Shown: positions 16,692 to 25,385, counted from the first letter of the stretch. The stretch is DNA of 64,000 nucleotides from Acidimicrobiia bacterium (GCA_035249605.1 DATFGI010000026.1:2730-66729); one strand, 5' to 3'. The notes: a model not told the origin generated them from the letters alone. Translations and numbers: made by a program.

Positions 16692-17428
16692 GCGCCTCGC
16701 TGGATGTGCGCGGGCTCCACTTCACATATCCCGACGGGCGGAGAGCTCTGAGCGGAGTCGACCTCTCGATCGCCCCCGGCGAGCGGGTGGCGCTGCTCGG
16801 GCCCAACGGTGCCGGGAAGACCACCCTCGCCCTGAATCTCAACGGGATCCTCATCGCTGACTCGGGCACGGTTTCAATCGGCGGGATCGTCCTGAGCGAA
16901 GGGACCCTGAGCGAGATCCGGCGTCGGGTCGGGCTGGTGTTCCAGGATTCCAACGATCAGCTGTTCATGCCCACGGTCCGGGAGGACGTGGCCTTTGGCC
17001 CGGCCAATCTCGGGCTGGAGGGAGCCGGCCTGGACAAGACGGTGACTGCGGCGCTGGAGGCGGTCGACGGCGTCGGGTTCGGCGACCGACCGCCACATCA
17101 TCTCAGCGGAGGGGAGAGACGACGCGCCGCGCTGGCGACGGTGCTCTCCATGAGACCCGATTTGCTGGTCTTCGACGAGCCGTCCTCGGATCTCGACCCT
17201 GCCGGGAGAAGGGAATTGGTGGCCACCCTCCAGACCCTCCCCATGACCCAGATCGTCATCACCCATGATCTGCCCCTCGCCCTCGAGCTCTGTGAGCGCT
17301 CGGTGATCATGAACGGGGGGCGGGTGGTGGCCGACGGGCCCACTCGCGGCGTTCTCTCCGATCCGGAGACCCTCTCCGCCAACCGGCTCGAGCTTCCTTT
17401 CGGGTTCAGCCTGACCGCCGCCGACTGA
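16688..17428 (+). CDS. cbiO: ECF transporter ATPase CbiO
   Basis: It has Walker A GPNGAGKTT, signature LSGGERRRAALA and Walker B LLVFDEP. GTG 16688 overlaps the cbiQ stop as GTGA. Confidence 0.9.
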   Translation: MSASLDVRGLHFTYPDGRRALSGVDLSIAPGERVALLGPNGAGKTTLALNLNGILIADSGTVSIGGIVLSEGTLSEIRRRVGLVFQDSNDQLFMPTVREDVAFGPANLGLEGAGLDKTVTAALEAVDGVGFGDRPPHHLSGGERRRAALATVLSMRPDLLVFDEPSSDLDPAGRRELVATLQTLPMTQIVITHDLPLALELCERSVIMNGGRVVADGPTRGVLSDPETLSANRLELPFGFSLTAAD

Positions 17429-17433
17429 GGGGC

Positions 17434-17817
17434 CTATTCCTCCTCGTCGTTTGTCACCGACACGGGCACCATGCCAAGCGCCGCCCTCAGCTCGGCGGCG
17501 TTGATCGGCTTGAGCACGGCTGCGCTCGCCCCGGCCCGTCGCGCCAGGAACATGTCGGCCGACCGATCGAGGAGGATGACCGTGCGGGGGCGATCGAGCT
17601 CGTCGGTGGCCTGACGGATAGCCCGGACCACGGCCATCGCACCTTTGGATCCGACTTGCATGTCGATGATCACCACGTCCACCCGGGACTCTTCCAGTCG
17701 CTCGACAACAGCCCGGGGATCGGACATCTCCTCGATCTGCCACGATCCCACCGAGAGGGCCGCCCGGACCTCATTCTTCACCCAGATGGCGTCGGCGACG
17801 ACCAGTGCGGTTGGCAT
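17434..17817 (-). CDS. single-domain response regulator (receiver only)
   Basis: The CheY-like receiver has VVIIDMQ (acceptor Asp) and VLKPI (Lys). There is no output domain and no adjacent kinase. Confidence 0.75.
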   Translation of the reverse strand: MPTALVVADAIWVKNEVRAALSVGSWQIEEMSDPRAVVERLEESRVDVVIIDMQVGSKGAMAVVRAIRQATDELDRPRTVILLDRSADMFLARRAGASAAVLKPINAAELRAALGMVPVSVTNDEEE

Positions 17818-17866
17818 GGCGGTGGACGATACAAGTACTCATGCCTGGGGTCCTAACCTCGCGGCG

Positions 17867-19075
17867 GTGCGGCGACACGTCCTCCTCTTGGTTCTGGGTG
17901 CCCTTGCCCTCGTCGGATGTGCCGAGCCCGCGGGAGGTGGCATCGATCTCGTCGACGTCAGCGGGCCGCTCGACGCCTCGGCGCTCGACTTCATCTCCGA
18001 CTCCATCGAGCACGGTGCCGATTCCGGCCAGATCTTGACTGTGGTCCAGCTCGACTCCAGGGCCGTCCTCGACCGGGACGCATATCAGCGGTTGGCCCGC
18101 CTGATCGCGGAGCCCCCGCTGCCAGTCGCGGTCTGGGTCGGGCCCGCCCCGGCCGCCGTCTACGGTGGGGCAGCGGAGCTGGCTCACCTGGCCGGTCAGG
18201 CCGCGATCGCCCCCGGATCGGTCGAAGGCCACTACCAACCCGCCATCCTCGGCGAGGATGCAGGACGCTCCGACGAAATCGTGCCCGCAAGGGAAACCGG
18301 GCTCGATCTCCAGGCCACCTTTCGCCAATATCTCCAGGACCTCGAAGGCGCCACCTTCCACACCGCGTCCGGGCCGGTGAAGGTGTCCACGATCCGGGAT
18401 ACCGACGGAGGTGTGACCACCGAGGACGTGACGTTTCGCAAGCCCGGTCTGGTCACCAGGTTCTTCCGCCTGGCGGTGACTCCGGAGGCCGCCTTCTTCT
18501 TCCTGGCGATCGGAGCCAGCGTCGCCGTGTTCGAGTTCTATGCCCTGGGGCCGGGGGTGGCCGCGGGAGTGGCATCACTGTCCCTCCTGCTGGGAGGGTG
18601 GGGAGTGGTGACCCTGCCCACCAATTGGTGGGCGCTGGCCTTGGCCGGAGTCGGTCTGGTGGGACTGGTGGCGGCACACCAAAGGGGAGGCCGACCCGGG
18701 CTGAGGATCGCCGGTGCCGTCGCGCTCCAGATCGGGGGGATGTTCCTCATCGACGGCGGAGGCCAGATCGATCCGCGATGGTGGCTGGTGCTCCCCACCG
18801 TTCTCGGCGTCCTCTTCTTCTTCCTGCTCGCCATGCCCACCGTGCAGAGGGCCCGTCTCTCCACCGAGACGATCGGGCGTGACTACCTGGTGGGCCAGAC
18901 CGGGACCGCCCTCGTCGACTTCGGCCCCGATGGATTCGTCGAGGTGCGCGGGGCCCGCTGGCGCGGGACCGCCCATCGTGAAGCGGGCATCTCGGAGGGC
19001 GATCCGATCGAGGTGACCGGGGTCGACGGCCTCTATCTCGAAGTCGGGCCGTTGGGCACAGACCGCGAAACATAA
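17867..19075 (+). CDS. NfeD-family membrane protein
   Basis: It has a lipoprotein-like signal (LVLGALALVGC), a ClpP-like NfeD N-domain, several TM helices and a C-terminal NfeD OB-fold (GQTGTALVDF...VEVRGARWRGTA...GDPIEVTGVDGLYLEV). I prefer GTG 17867 over ATG 17816, which collides with the divergent RR start. Confidence 0.75.
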   Translation: MRRHVLLLVLGALALVGCAEPAGGGIDLVDVSGPLDASALDFISDSIEHGADSGQILTVVQLDSRAVLDRDAYQRLARLIAEPPLPVAVWVGPAPAAVYGGAAELAHLAGQAAIAPGSVEGHYQPAILGEDAGRSDEIVPARETGLDLQATFRQYLQDLEGATFHTASGPVKVSTIRDTDGGVTTEDVTFRKPGLVTRFFRLAVTPEAAFFFLAIGASVAVFEFYALGPGVAAGVASLSLLLGGWGVVTLPTNWWALALAGVGLVGLVAAHQRGGRPGLRIAGAVALQIGGMFLIDGGGQIDPRWWLVLPTVLGVLFFFLLAMPTVQRARLSTETIGRDYLVGQTGTALVDFGPDGFVEVRGARWRGTAHREAGISEGDPIEVTGVDGLYLEVGPLGTDRET

Positions 19076-19098
19076 GGGGCTGGCTTCCAGTTTCTCCC

Positions 19099-19127
19099 TT
19101 GAACCATTGGGCCGCGTTCGGTAGCTT
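19099..19127 (+). promoter_or_regulatory. sigma-70-like promoter TTGAAC-17 nt-TAGCTT upstream of whiB-like gene
   Basis: The hexamers sit at 19099-19104 and 19122-19127 with a 17-nt spacer, about 30 nt upstream of GGGAGG and ATG 19159. Confidence 0.35.
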
Positions 19128-19158
19128 CGGCTCGGTTGTCGCAAGCAAGCGGGAGGAA

Positions 19159-19413
19159 ATGAGGTTGTCCCACTCAGACGAATGGCAGCTTGATGCGCTT
19201 TGTCGTGGGAACCATGCCTACCTTTTCTTTCCCCCTTCTACCTTCGAGAGGAAGGAAGAACGGGAGCGACGTGAGATGAAGGCAAAAGCCATATGCGGTG
19301 TGTGCCCGGTGCAAGTCCCTTGCTCTCGGCATGCGTTGGACATCCGTGAGCCCTTCGGAATATGGGGCGGGCTCACCGAGGTCGAGCGGAGGAGTACCGC
19401 TGTGGCGGGCTGA
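19159..19413 (+). CDS. WhiB-family (Wbl) Fe-S transcription factor
   Basis: It has four Cys (C...CGVCPVQVPC), a GIWGG turn and a basic tail. There is a strong SD upstream of ATG 19159. Confidence 0.85.
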   Translation: MRLSHSDEWQLDALCRGNHAYLFFPPSTFERKEERERREMKAKAICGVCPVQVPCSRHALDIREPFGIWGGLTEVERRSTAVAG

Positions 19414-19438
19414 CGGTTCCCTTGCCTAGCGACCGGGC

Positions 19439-21193
19439 TCACCTGAGGCTGCGGGTATCCCCACGGCGGACGGTGAGCCCGTTTTTGTCCGCCCACTCCA
19501 GGATGGGGACCGCGTACTTCCGGGAGAGCCCGGCCGCGTCGCGAAACTCTGCGACCGTGAACTCTTTCCCGGCGCCGGCCAGCAGTCTCTTCAGCTCCTC
19601 GACCTGCTCGGGCAGGTAGACGAGCCCAGGTGCGATGCGGACCAACTCCTCGGTCCGCACCTTTAGGTGGATCAGTTCCGGATCGAGCCCGAGCTCGGAC
19701 TCGTCGGGAACGGCCAGACCGGAGCGGAGCTGTTCCATCGCCCGCTCCCAGGCCTCCACGTGACCCCGGCCGAGCTCGACTCGATGTGTTGCCATGGCAA
19801 TGTCGGGGCCTCTCCGCTGCAACATTTCCGAACGATCCACGATCAGCTCTACCACCGCAGGCTCGACCCCGAGACGCTCGGCCAATGTCGCCAGCGGCAT
19901 TCCCGGCCGGAGCGGGTTTGCGTCGTGAAACTGGCTGACCAACCCGGTGACGTCCGAGGCCAGGTTTGCCAGGTGCCCGGGGGCGATGACGAGGCTCCCC
20001 ACCGTCACCGCCCCCTGGGGTCGGCCACCACCGCTGTGCGCCGCCAAGCGATCGAGAGCGTCGTGACCACGTATCGACAGCAGACGCGCGGCCACTTGGT
20101 CCGGGGTGGCGGCCGGGTCGATCCGAGCCGAGTTAGCCAGTGCGGACCTGGTACTCGCCGGGGCGGGGTCGAGAACCCTTCCCCCTCCGACCACGATCTT
20201 CCTGCCGGTGTCCCGGATGATGAACCGGTCGCCCACGGCCAAAGCTAGTGGTGAAGAGAGACGTATCACCACCCGGCCGTGCTTGCTTCCGGTGATCTCC
20301 ATGCGACGGGAGGCCGATCCGACGTGCATCTGATACGCGCCGCGGGCCTCGATATCGGGGACTCGACGGGCCGAGCGAACCACGGCGGCGATGCGACTGG
20401 TGAGCTCCCATTGGCCGGGGAGACCTACCATGTCGCCCCGGGCGATCTGGTCGTGGTCGATCCCACTCAGGTTGAGCGCGACTCTTCTCCCCGGCCCGAC
20501 CCGGTCCAATGCCTTCTCGTGGCTCTGGATCCCTCTGACCCGGGCCTTCCTCGACCGGGGCTGGATCTCGACGACATCGTCGAGAGCGATCGGGCCACCG
20601 AGGAGCGTCCCGGTCACGACGGTGCCCGCCCCGGGGGCGGCGAAAGAGCGGTCTACCCAGAGGCGGGGTCTTCCCACGTCACCGTCGCCGTCGGGGAGTT
20701 CGACCGCCAATGCATCGAGCAGTTCGGCGACTCCCTCACCGGTGACACCGGAGACCCGGACTACCCGTGACTCCTCCAGGGTCGTCCCCTGGAGCCGTTC
20801 CTCCACCTCGGCGGCGGCGAGGTCGGCGAGGTCTTCGTCGACGAGATCGGTCTTGGTCAACGCCACGACGCCCCGGTCCACGGCGAGCAGGTCGAGGACG
20901 GCCAGATGCTCCTCGGACTGTGGCTTCCACCCCTCGTCGGCGGCCACGACCAGCAGTGCGACGTCGATCGCCTCGATGCCGGCGAGCATGTTCTTGAGAA
21001 ACTTCTCATGACCGGGCACATCGACGAACGAGACCTCGGCACCGCCGGGCAGGGTGGCCCAGGCAAACCCCAGGTCGATGGTCAGCCCGCGCCGCTTCTC
21101 CTCGGCCCAGCGGTCGGGGTCCCTACCGGTGATGGCTCGGATCAACGTCGACTTCCCATGGTCGACGTGCCCCGCGGTCCCGACTACCGGCAT
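19439..21193 (-). CDS. selB: selenocysteine-specific translation elongation factor SelB
   Basis: The G domain has GHVDHGKSTL, DVPGHEKF and TKTD. The long C-terminal winged-helix extension is colinear with E. coli SelB as I recall it. Confidence 0.9.
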   Translation of the reverse strand: MPVVGTAGHVDHGKSTLIRAITGRDPDRWAEEKRRGLTIDLGFAWATLPGGAEVSFVDVPGHEKFLKNMLAGIEAIDVALLVVAADEGWKPQSEEHLAVLDLLAVDRGVVALTKTDLVDEDLADLAAAEVEERLQGTTLEESRVVRVSGVTGEGVAELLDALAVELPDGDGDVGRPRLWVDRSFAAPGAGTVVTGTLLGGPIALDDVVEIQPRSRKARVRGIQSHEKALDRVGPGRRVALNLSGIDHDQIARGDMVGLPGQWELTSRIAAVVRSARRVPDIEARGAYQMHVGSASRRMEITGSKHGRVVIRLSSPLALAVGDRFIIRDTGRKIVVGGGRVLDPAPASTRSALANSARIDPAATPDQVAARLLSIRGHDALDRLAAHSGGGRPQGAVTVGSLVIAPGHLANLASDVTGLVSQFHDANPLRPGMPLATLAERLGVEPAVVELIVDRSEMLQRRGPDIAMATHRVELGRGHVEAWERAMEQLRSGLAVPDESELGLDPELIHLKVRTEELVRIAPGLVYLPEQVEELKRLLAGAGKEFTVAEFRDAAGLSRKYAVPILEWADKNGLTVRRGDTRSLR

Positions 21194-22509
21194 TCGAGAA
21201 TGGCCTTGGCCACCACCATGTCGTCGGTCGCGGCGACGGTTCTCAGATCGATCAGCAGGTCACCGGCCTCCCGCTTGGCAAGGATCGGTGGATCCGAGTG
21301 GAGCAGGCACTCGAAGATCCCCTGCCCGCCCGGGTAACGGATGACCGGGGAGGGGATCCCTATCCCGGGTGCGCTGCCCGCCCCCACCGTCGATGCCCCC
21401 TGTTCCACGCTCCCCTCGGTCTCCGCAGCCACCACCTCCGCCCTTCGGTGAAGGGTCTCGTCGTCCTGAAGCGCCATTGCCCACAAGGGCAGATCGGGCG
21501 GGCCGGGCTCGAGATACGCCTCCAGCGTCTCCGCCAGGGCGGCCAGATGGGCACCGTCGACGCGAAGCGCCCTGGACATCGGGTGGCTGCGCAGGGTGGA
21601 GACCAGTGCGTCGTCGCCGACGATGACCCCCGATTGGGGGCCTCCAAGCAGCTTGTCCCCACTGAAGGTCACCAGGGACGCGCCGACCGCGATTGCCTGA
21701 CGAACCCCGGGCTCGCGCCCCAGCCACCCGGGCAACCATGGGAAGTCGGAGTCGAGGAGACCGGAGCCCTGATCGAAGATCAACGGGATCGACCACTCGG
21801 AGGCGAGACGGGCGAGATCGGCCAGGGACGCCTCCTCGGTGAAGCCCTCCACCCGGTAGTTCGACGGATGCACCTTGAGCAGGGCCCCGCAGTGATGGGT
21901 GCCGAGGGCGGTCAGGTAGTCGCCGAGGCGGGTGCGGTTGGTGGTCCCCACCTCGACCATCACTGCACCGCTGGTGCTCATCACCTCGGGAAGTCGATAG
22001 GAGCCCCCGATCTCGATCAGCTCACCTCGGGCCACGGGGACAGCTCGCCCGGTTGCGGCGGCCGACAGGGCGAGCAGCAATCCGGCGGCGTTGTTGTTGA
22101 CCACCATCGCCGCCTCGGCGCCGGTCAGCTCACAGAGGAGACGCTCCACATAGCCCCCGCGGCGACCTCTGGCCCCGCTCTCCAGGTCGATCTCGATGTT
22201 CCCGTACCCACCGGCGGCGGCGGAGGCCGATGAGATCGCATTCCTCGACCAGGGCGCCCGCCCGAGGTTGGTGTGAAGGAGGACACCGGTGGCATTGATC
22301 ACCTGCCGCCCGGCGCTCCGCTCCATGACCCTCACCAGCCGGGTCGCCTCGGCGCGGGCATCTCCCTGGCCACCGGTGGCCAGGTGACGTCTCGCCGTCT
22401 CGATGGCGGCACGCGCCGCCTGCACCACCAGAGCCCGGGGCAGGGTCGACGCGATCTCGGCGGCGAGCGTGTCGACCGATGGCAGGTCGCGGAACGGGTT
22501 CTCGCTCAC
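21184..22509 (-). CDS. selA: L-seryl-tRNA(Sec) selenium transferase SelA
   Basis: It has the N-terminal FRDLPSVDTL, LHTNLGRAP, GELIEIGGSYRLPEVM and FSGDKLLGGPQSG (PLP lysine). It overlaps the selB start by 10 nt. Confidence 0.9.
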   Translation of the reverse strand: MSENPFRDLPSVDTLAAEIASTLPRALVVQAARAAIETARRHLATGGQGDARAEATRLVRVMERSAGRQVINATGVLLHTNLGRAPWSRNAISSASAAAGGYGNIEIDLESGARGRRGGYVERLLCELTGAEAAMVVNNNAAGLLLALSAAATGRAVPVARGELIEIGGSYRLPEVMSTSGAVMVEVGTTNRTRLGDYLTALGTHHCGALLKVHPSNYRVEGFTEEASLADLARLASEWSIPLIFDQGSGLLDSDFPWLPGWLGREPGVRQAIAVGASLVTFSGDKLLGGPQSGVIVGDDALVSTLRSHPMSRALRVDGAHLAALAETLEAYLEPGPPDLPLWAMALQDDETLHRRAEVVAAETEGSVEQGASTVGAGSAPGIGIPSPVIRYPGGQGIFECLLHSDPPILAKREAGDLLIDLRTVAATDDMVVAKAILECR

Positions 22510-22547
22510 CAGGCGAGTTTGCCAGGTCTCATCCGTAGGATGCCCCG

Positions 22548-23219
22548 GTGCCCGTCCATCCCGATCCCGCGGCCACGGTCGTGGCGCTGCGACCCGCAGA
22601 AACGGGATTCGAGGTGCTCATGGTGGAGCGCAACACCCGGGGGTTCTTCGCCGATCTGATGGTGTTCCCCGGGGGCCGGGTCGATCCCGGCGACGTGCCC
22701 GACGGCCACACCTCCGAGGAAGACGTCTCCCACCGGATGGCGGCGATCCGTGAGCTCGCCGAAGAGGCCGGCATCTTGCTGACCAAGATGGGTCCGGTGG
22801 CCGCCCCGGAAGCGAAAGCCGAGCGATTCAAGGAGTGGCTGGAGGTGAACCCCGGGATAGCCGCTCCCGACGAGCTCGTCCTGGTCTCGAGATGGGTGAC
22901 ACCGGTGGTGGCGCCACGTCGTTTCGACACACGCTTCTACCTGGCCGCATGCGACGGCGCACCGGAAGTGCGAATCGACAGCGACGAGTTGATCGGGCAC
23001 TGTTGGGTCACGCCGGCCGAGGCCCTGCGGCACCACGAGGAGGGCGTTTGGAAAATGATGCTGCCCACCGTCGCCCATCTCCGATGGCTGCATCGTCGGA
23101 CGTCCATCGACGACGCCCTGGAGTCGGCCCGTGGCGCCGACGGTCGCACCCTGATCGCGCCCCGCCGTCTCTCCGACGGCTCGATCGTCCCGGTGTACAT
23201 CCCGGAGGAGCCATCGTGA
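22548..23219 (+). CDS. NUDIX hydrolase
   Basis: The Nudix box is GGRVDPGD...RMAAIRELAEEAGI. The start is GTG. Confidence 0.8.
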   Translation: MPVHPDPAATVVALRPAETGFEVLMVERNTRGFFADLMVFPGGRVDPGDVPDGHTSEEDVSHRMAAIRELAEEAGILLTKMGPVAAPEAKAERFKEWLEVNPGIAAPDELVLVSRWVTPVVAPRRFDTRFYLAACDGAPEVRIDSDELIGHCWVTPAEALRHHEEGVWKMMLPTVAHLRWLHRRTSIDDALESARGADGRTLIAPRRLSDGSIVPVYIPEEPS

Positions 23220-23989
23220 GGATCGACCGGGTGCTGGCGAACAATCCCGGCCCGTTCACCGGCCCGGGCACCAACACCTGGGTCCTCGATGACGGTGAGG
23301 GGAAGGTGGTCGTCATCGACCCCGGTCCCGTGGACAGCAGGCATGCCACCGCCATCCTGGAGAAGGTGGGGCGCCGGGAGGTCGAGGCGGTGCTGGTGAC
23401 ACACACCCACAGCGATCATGCCCCACTGGCCAACCCCCTGGCCCGTGATCTGGGCGTGCCCCCGGTGGGTCACGCCCCCGGCCCCAACTTCGAGCCCGAG
23501 ATCCGTCTTCTCGATGGGGCTCGCTTCGATGTCGGGTCGCTGGCGCTGGAGGTCATCCACACCCCGGGCCACGCCGACGATCATCTCTGTTTCCGGGTCG
23601 GTGACGTGCTGTTCAGCGGTGATCACATCATTGGCGGCTCATCGGTGATGGTCGACGACCTGGGTCCTTACCTCGACTCGCTCGAAAAGGTGAAGGGCAG
23701 TGGGCTACGTCGCATCCACCCAGGTCACGGTGAGGAGATAGACGAGCCGGACACGGTCATCGACTGGTATATCGCTCACCGCAGACAGCGTCACGAGGAG
23801 ATCTTCGATGCCATCGCCAGCGGAGCGAGCACCATCTCCGACATCATCGATGTGGTGTACGCCGACGTCGATCGTGCGCTCCACCCGCTGGCGGCGAGAT
23901 CGGTCGACGCCCACCTCGGATTGCTGACCGACGAGGGTCGTATAGCCTGGCTCGACGGTCAGCTGGCCGTCGCTCCCCAAAACCAATGA
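23216..23989 (+). CDS. MBL-fold metallo-hydrolase
   Basis: It has the THTHSDH motif, later HTPGH and the GD..F pattern. GTG 23216 overlaps the upstream stop as GTGA. Confidence 0.85.
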   Translation: MRIDRVLANNPGPFTGPGTNTWVLDDGEGKVVVIDPGPVDSRHATAILEKVGRREVEAVLVTHTHSDHAPLANPLARDLGVPPVGHAPGPNFEPEIRLLDGARFDVGSLALEVIHTPGHADDHLCFRVGDVLFSGDHIIGGSSVMVDDLGPYLDSLEKVKGSGLRRIHPGHGEEIDEPDTVIDWYIAHRRQRHEEIFDAIASGASTISDIIDVVYADVDRALHPLAARSVDAHLGLLTDEGRIAWLDGQLAVAPQNQ

Positions 23990-25125
23990 AGAGAATATCT
24001 CGTTTCGCATCGGGCCTGCTCGTAGTGGCGCTCGCCCTCCCCGCGGCGGCCCAGGTCACCGACGAGGACATCGAGCACGCCCGGGACGAGGTCAACCGCA
24101 TCACCGAGGAGTCCGCCGAGCTGGGGGAGCAGGTGATCGAGGCCTACGGGAGACAGTCGTCTCTCGATCGGGAGATCGACGGGCTCGAGTCGTCAATCGA
24201 TTTCGCTCGGATCCGAATCACCGAGACCCAGGCCCGGGTGGAGGATCTCGCCGTCGAGCTCTACATGGGCACGACGAGCGGCACCTCTCTGTCGGTCCTC
24301 TTCTCCGCCACCGACCAGCAATACCCGGCGGGGATGGAGTACCTGCGCGAGGTGAACGGAGTGGACGCCGGGGTGGTGGACCAGCTCCGGGTCTTCCGTG
24401 ACGAGCTCGATCGTCAGACGGCTCGACTCGGCGAGGCGCTGGACGAGCAGATTGCCCTGGCCGCCGAGCTGGAGCAGCTCGCCGGCGAGCTCCAGGGGGA
24501 CCTGGTCGCCGCACAGCAGGTCTATGACGACCTGGTGGAGCAGCAGCGTCGCGAGGAGGAGGAGAGACGACGCCGCGAGGAGGAGCGCAAGCGTCGCGCC
24601 GCGCAAGCCGCGGCGGATGCCGCGGCCGCCGCGGCTGTCGTCGCGGCCGCCCCCTCTGTGGACACCGGAGGTGGGGACGACTCGTCCGACCGGAGGGCCC
24701 CCGATCCTCCACTGCCCCCACCTGGGACCGGGGTCTGCCCGGTCGCCGGTGCCGTGTCCTTCTCCGACTCCTGGGGGGCACCTCGGTCGGGTGGCCGCTC
24801 CCACAAAGGTGTCGACATGATCGCCGCCCGGGGCACCCCGATCGTGGCGGTGTACTCGGGGAGGATCAAGCGGACCTCCAACAGCTCGTTGGGGGGCAAG
24901 TCGGTGTACTTCGTATCCGACGCCGGCGACATGTACTACTACGCCCACCTCGACGGCTTCGGGGACATCTCCGCGGGGATGAGCGTGCCCGCCGGCTACG
25001 TGCTCGGCTACAACGGCTCGTCCGGCAACGCCCCCGACTGGCTACCCCATCTCCATTGGGAGTACCACCCCGGCGGCGGCGCCGCGGTCAACCCATACCC
25101 GTTGGCAAAGGAGCTGTGCGGGTAG
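23986..25125 (+). CDS. secreted M23-family (LytM-type) peptidase with N-terminal coiled coil
   Basis: It has a signal peptide (LLVVALALPAAAQ), a long Glu/Arg/Ala-rich coiled coil and a C-terminal M23 region (HKGVDM, YYAHLD, PHLHWE). Confidence 0.85.
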   Translation: MKRISRFASGLLVVALALPAAAQVTDEDIEHARDEVNRITEESAELGEQVIEAYGRQSSLDREIDGLESSIDFARIRITETQARVEDLAVELYMGTTSGTSLSVLFSATDQQYPAGMEYLREVNGVDAGVVDQLRVFRDELDRQTARLGEALDEQIALAAELEQLAGELQGDLVAAQQVYDDLVEQQRREEEERRRREEERKRRAAQAAADAAAAAAVVAAAPSVDTGGGDDSSDRRAPDPPLPPPGTGVCPVAGAVSFSDSWGAPRSGGRSHKGVDMIAARGTPIVAVYSGRIKRTSNSSLGGKSVYFVSDAGDMYYYAHLDGFGDISAGMSVPAGYVLGYNGSSGNAPDWLPHLHWEYHPGGGAAVNPYPLAKELCG

Positions 25126-25232
25126 GGCGGAGCGGGGTCCGTGGACCTTGATTTGCGGCGGTAGCTTCGACCCACCGGCGTCGACATCGAGTAGGACATA
25201 ACTAGTCCCTTGGGACGTCCCACGAACGGTCA

Positions 25233-25260
25233 TTGCCAGACCACTGTGCGTGAAGAGAAT
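25233..25260 (+). promoter_or_regulatory. promoter-like TTGCCA-16 nt-GAGAAT
   Basis: The hexamers are at 25233-25238 and 25255-25260. An ATG lies 6 nt downstream at 25266. Confidence 0.3.
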
Positions 25261-25324
25261 TGGCGATGAACGTGCACCTAGCAAGCGCGCTGGGAGTCGG
25301 GGGCAACGGGAGGCTCCTAGAGAG

Positions 25325-25350
25325 AAGGGACCCGCAAGGGTCCCTTTCTC
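25325..25350 (+). terminator. intrinsic-terminator-like hairpin AAGGGACCC-GCAA-GGGTCCCTT followed by TCTC
   Basis: A perfect 9-bp stem with a GNRA tetraloop (25325-25346) is followed by a T-rich tail (TTTCTC, counting the stem T residues). It is 40 nt upstream of the ATG at 25386. Confidence 0.45.
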
Positions 25351-25385
25351 GCGTGCGGGCATCCGATACGTGATAATCGCCACCC

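Noticed and set aside
17917-18882. 321-aa Arg-rich ORF inside the NfeD gene
   Set aside because: It is an off-frame product with extreme Arg/Pro/Gly content. The NfeD frame shows TM helices and the OB-fold motif.
24540-24700. GC-rich low-complexity stretch as a non-coding repeat
   Set aside because: It encodes the Glu/Arg-rich coiled coil and an Ala-rich linker (EEEERRRREEERKRRAAQAAADAAAAAAVVAAAP) of the M23 peptidase, in frame with flanking conserved sequence.
25126-25385. tRNA-Sec (selC) hidden in the large spacer near the sel genes
   Set aside because: No T-loop (GGTTCGA-type) sequence is present. No UCA anticodon sits in a proper U33/purine-37 loop context on either strand. No 8-bp acceptor stem could be built.
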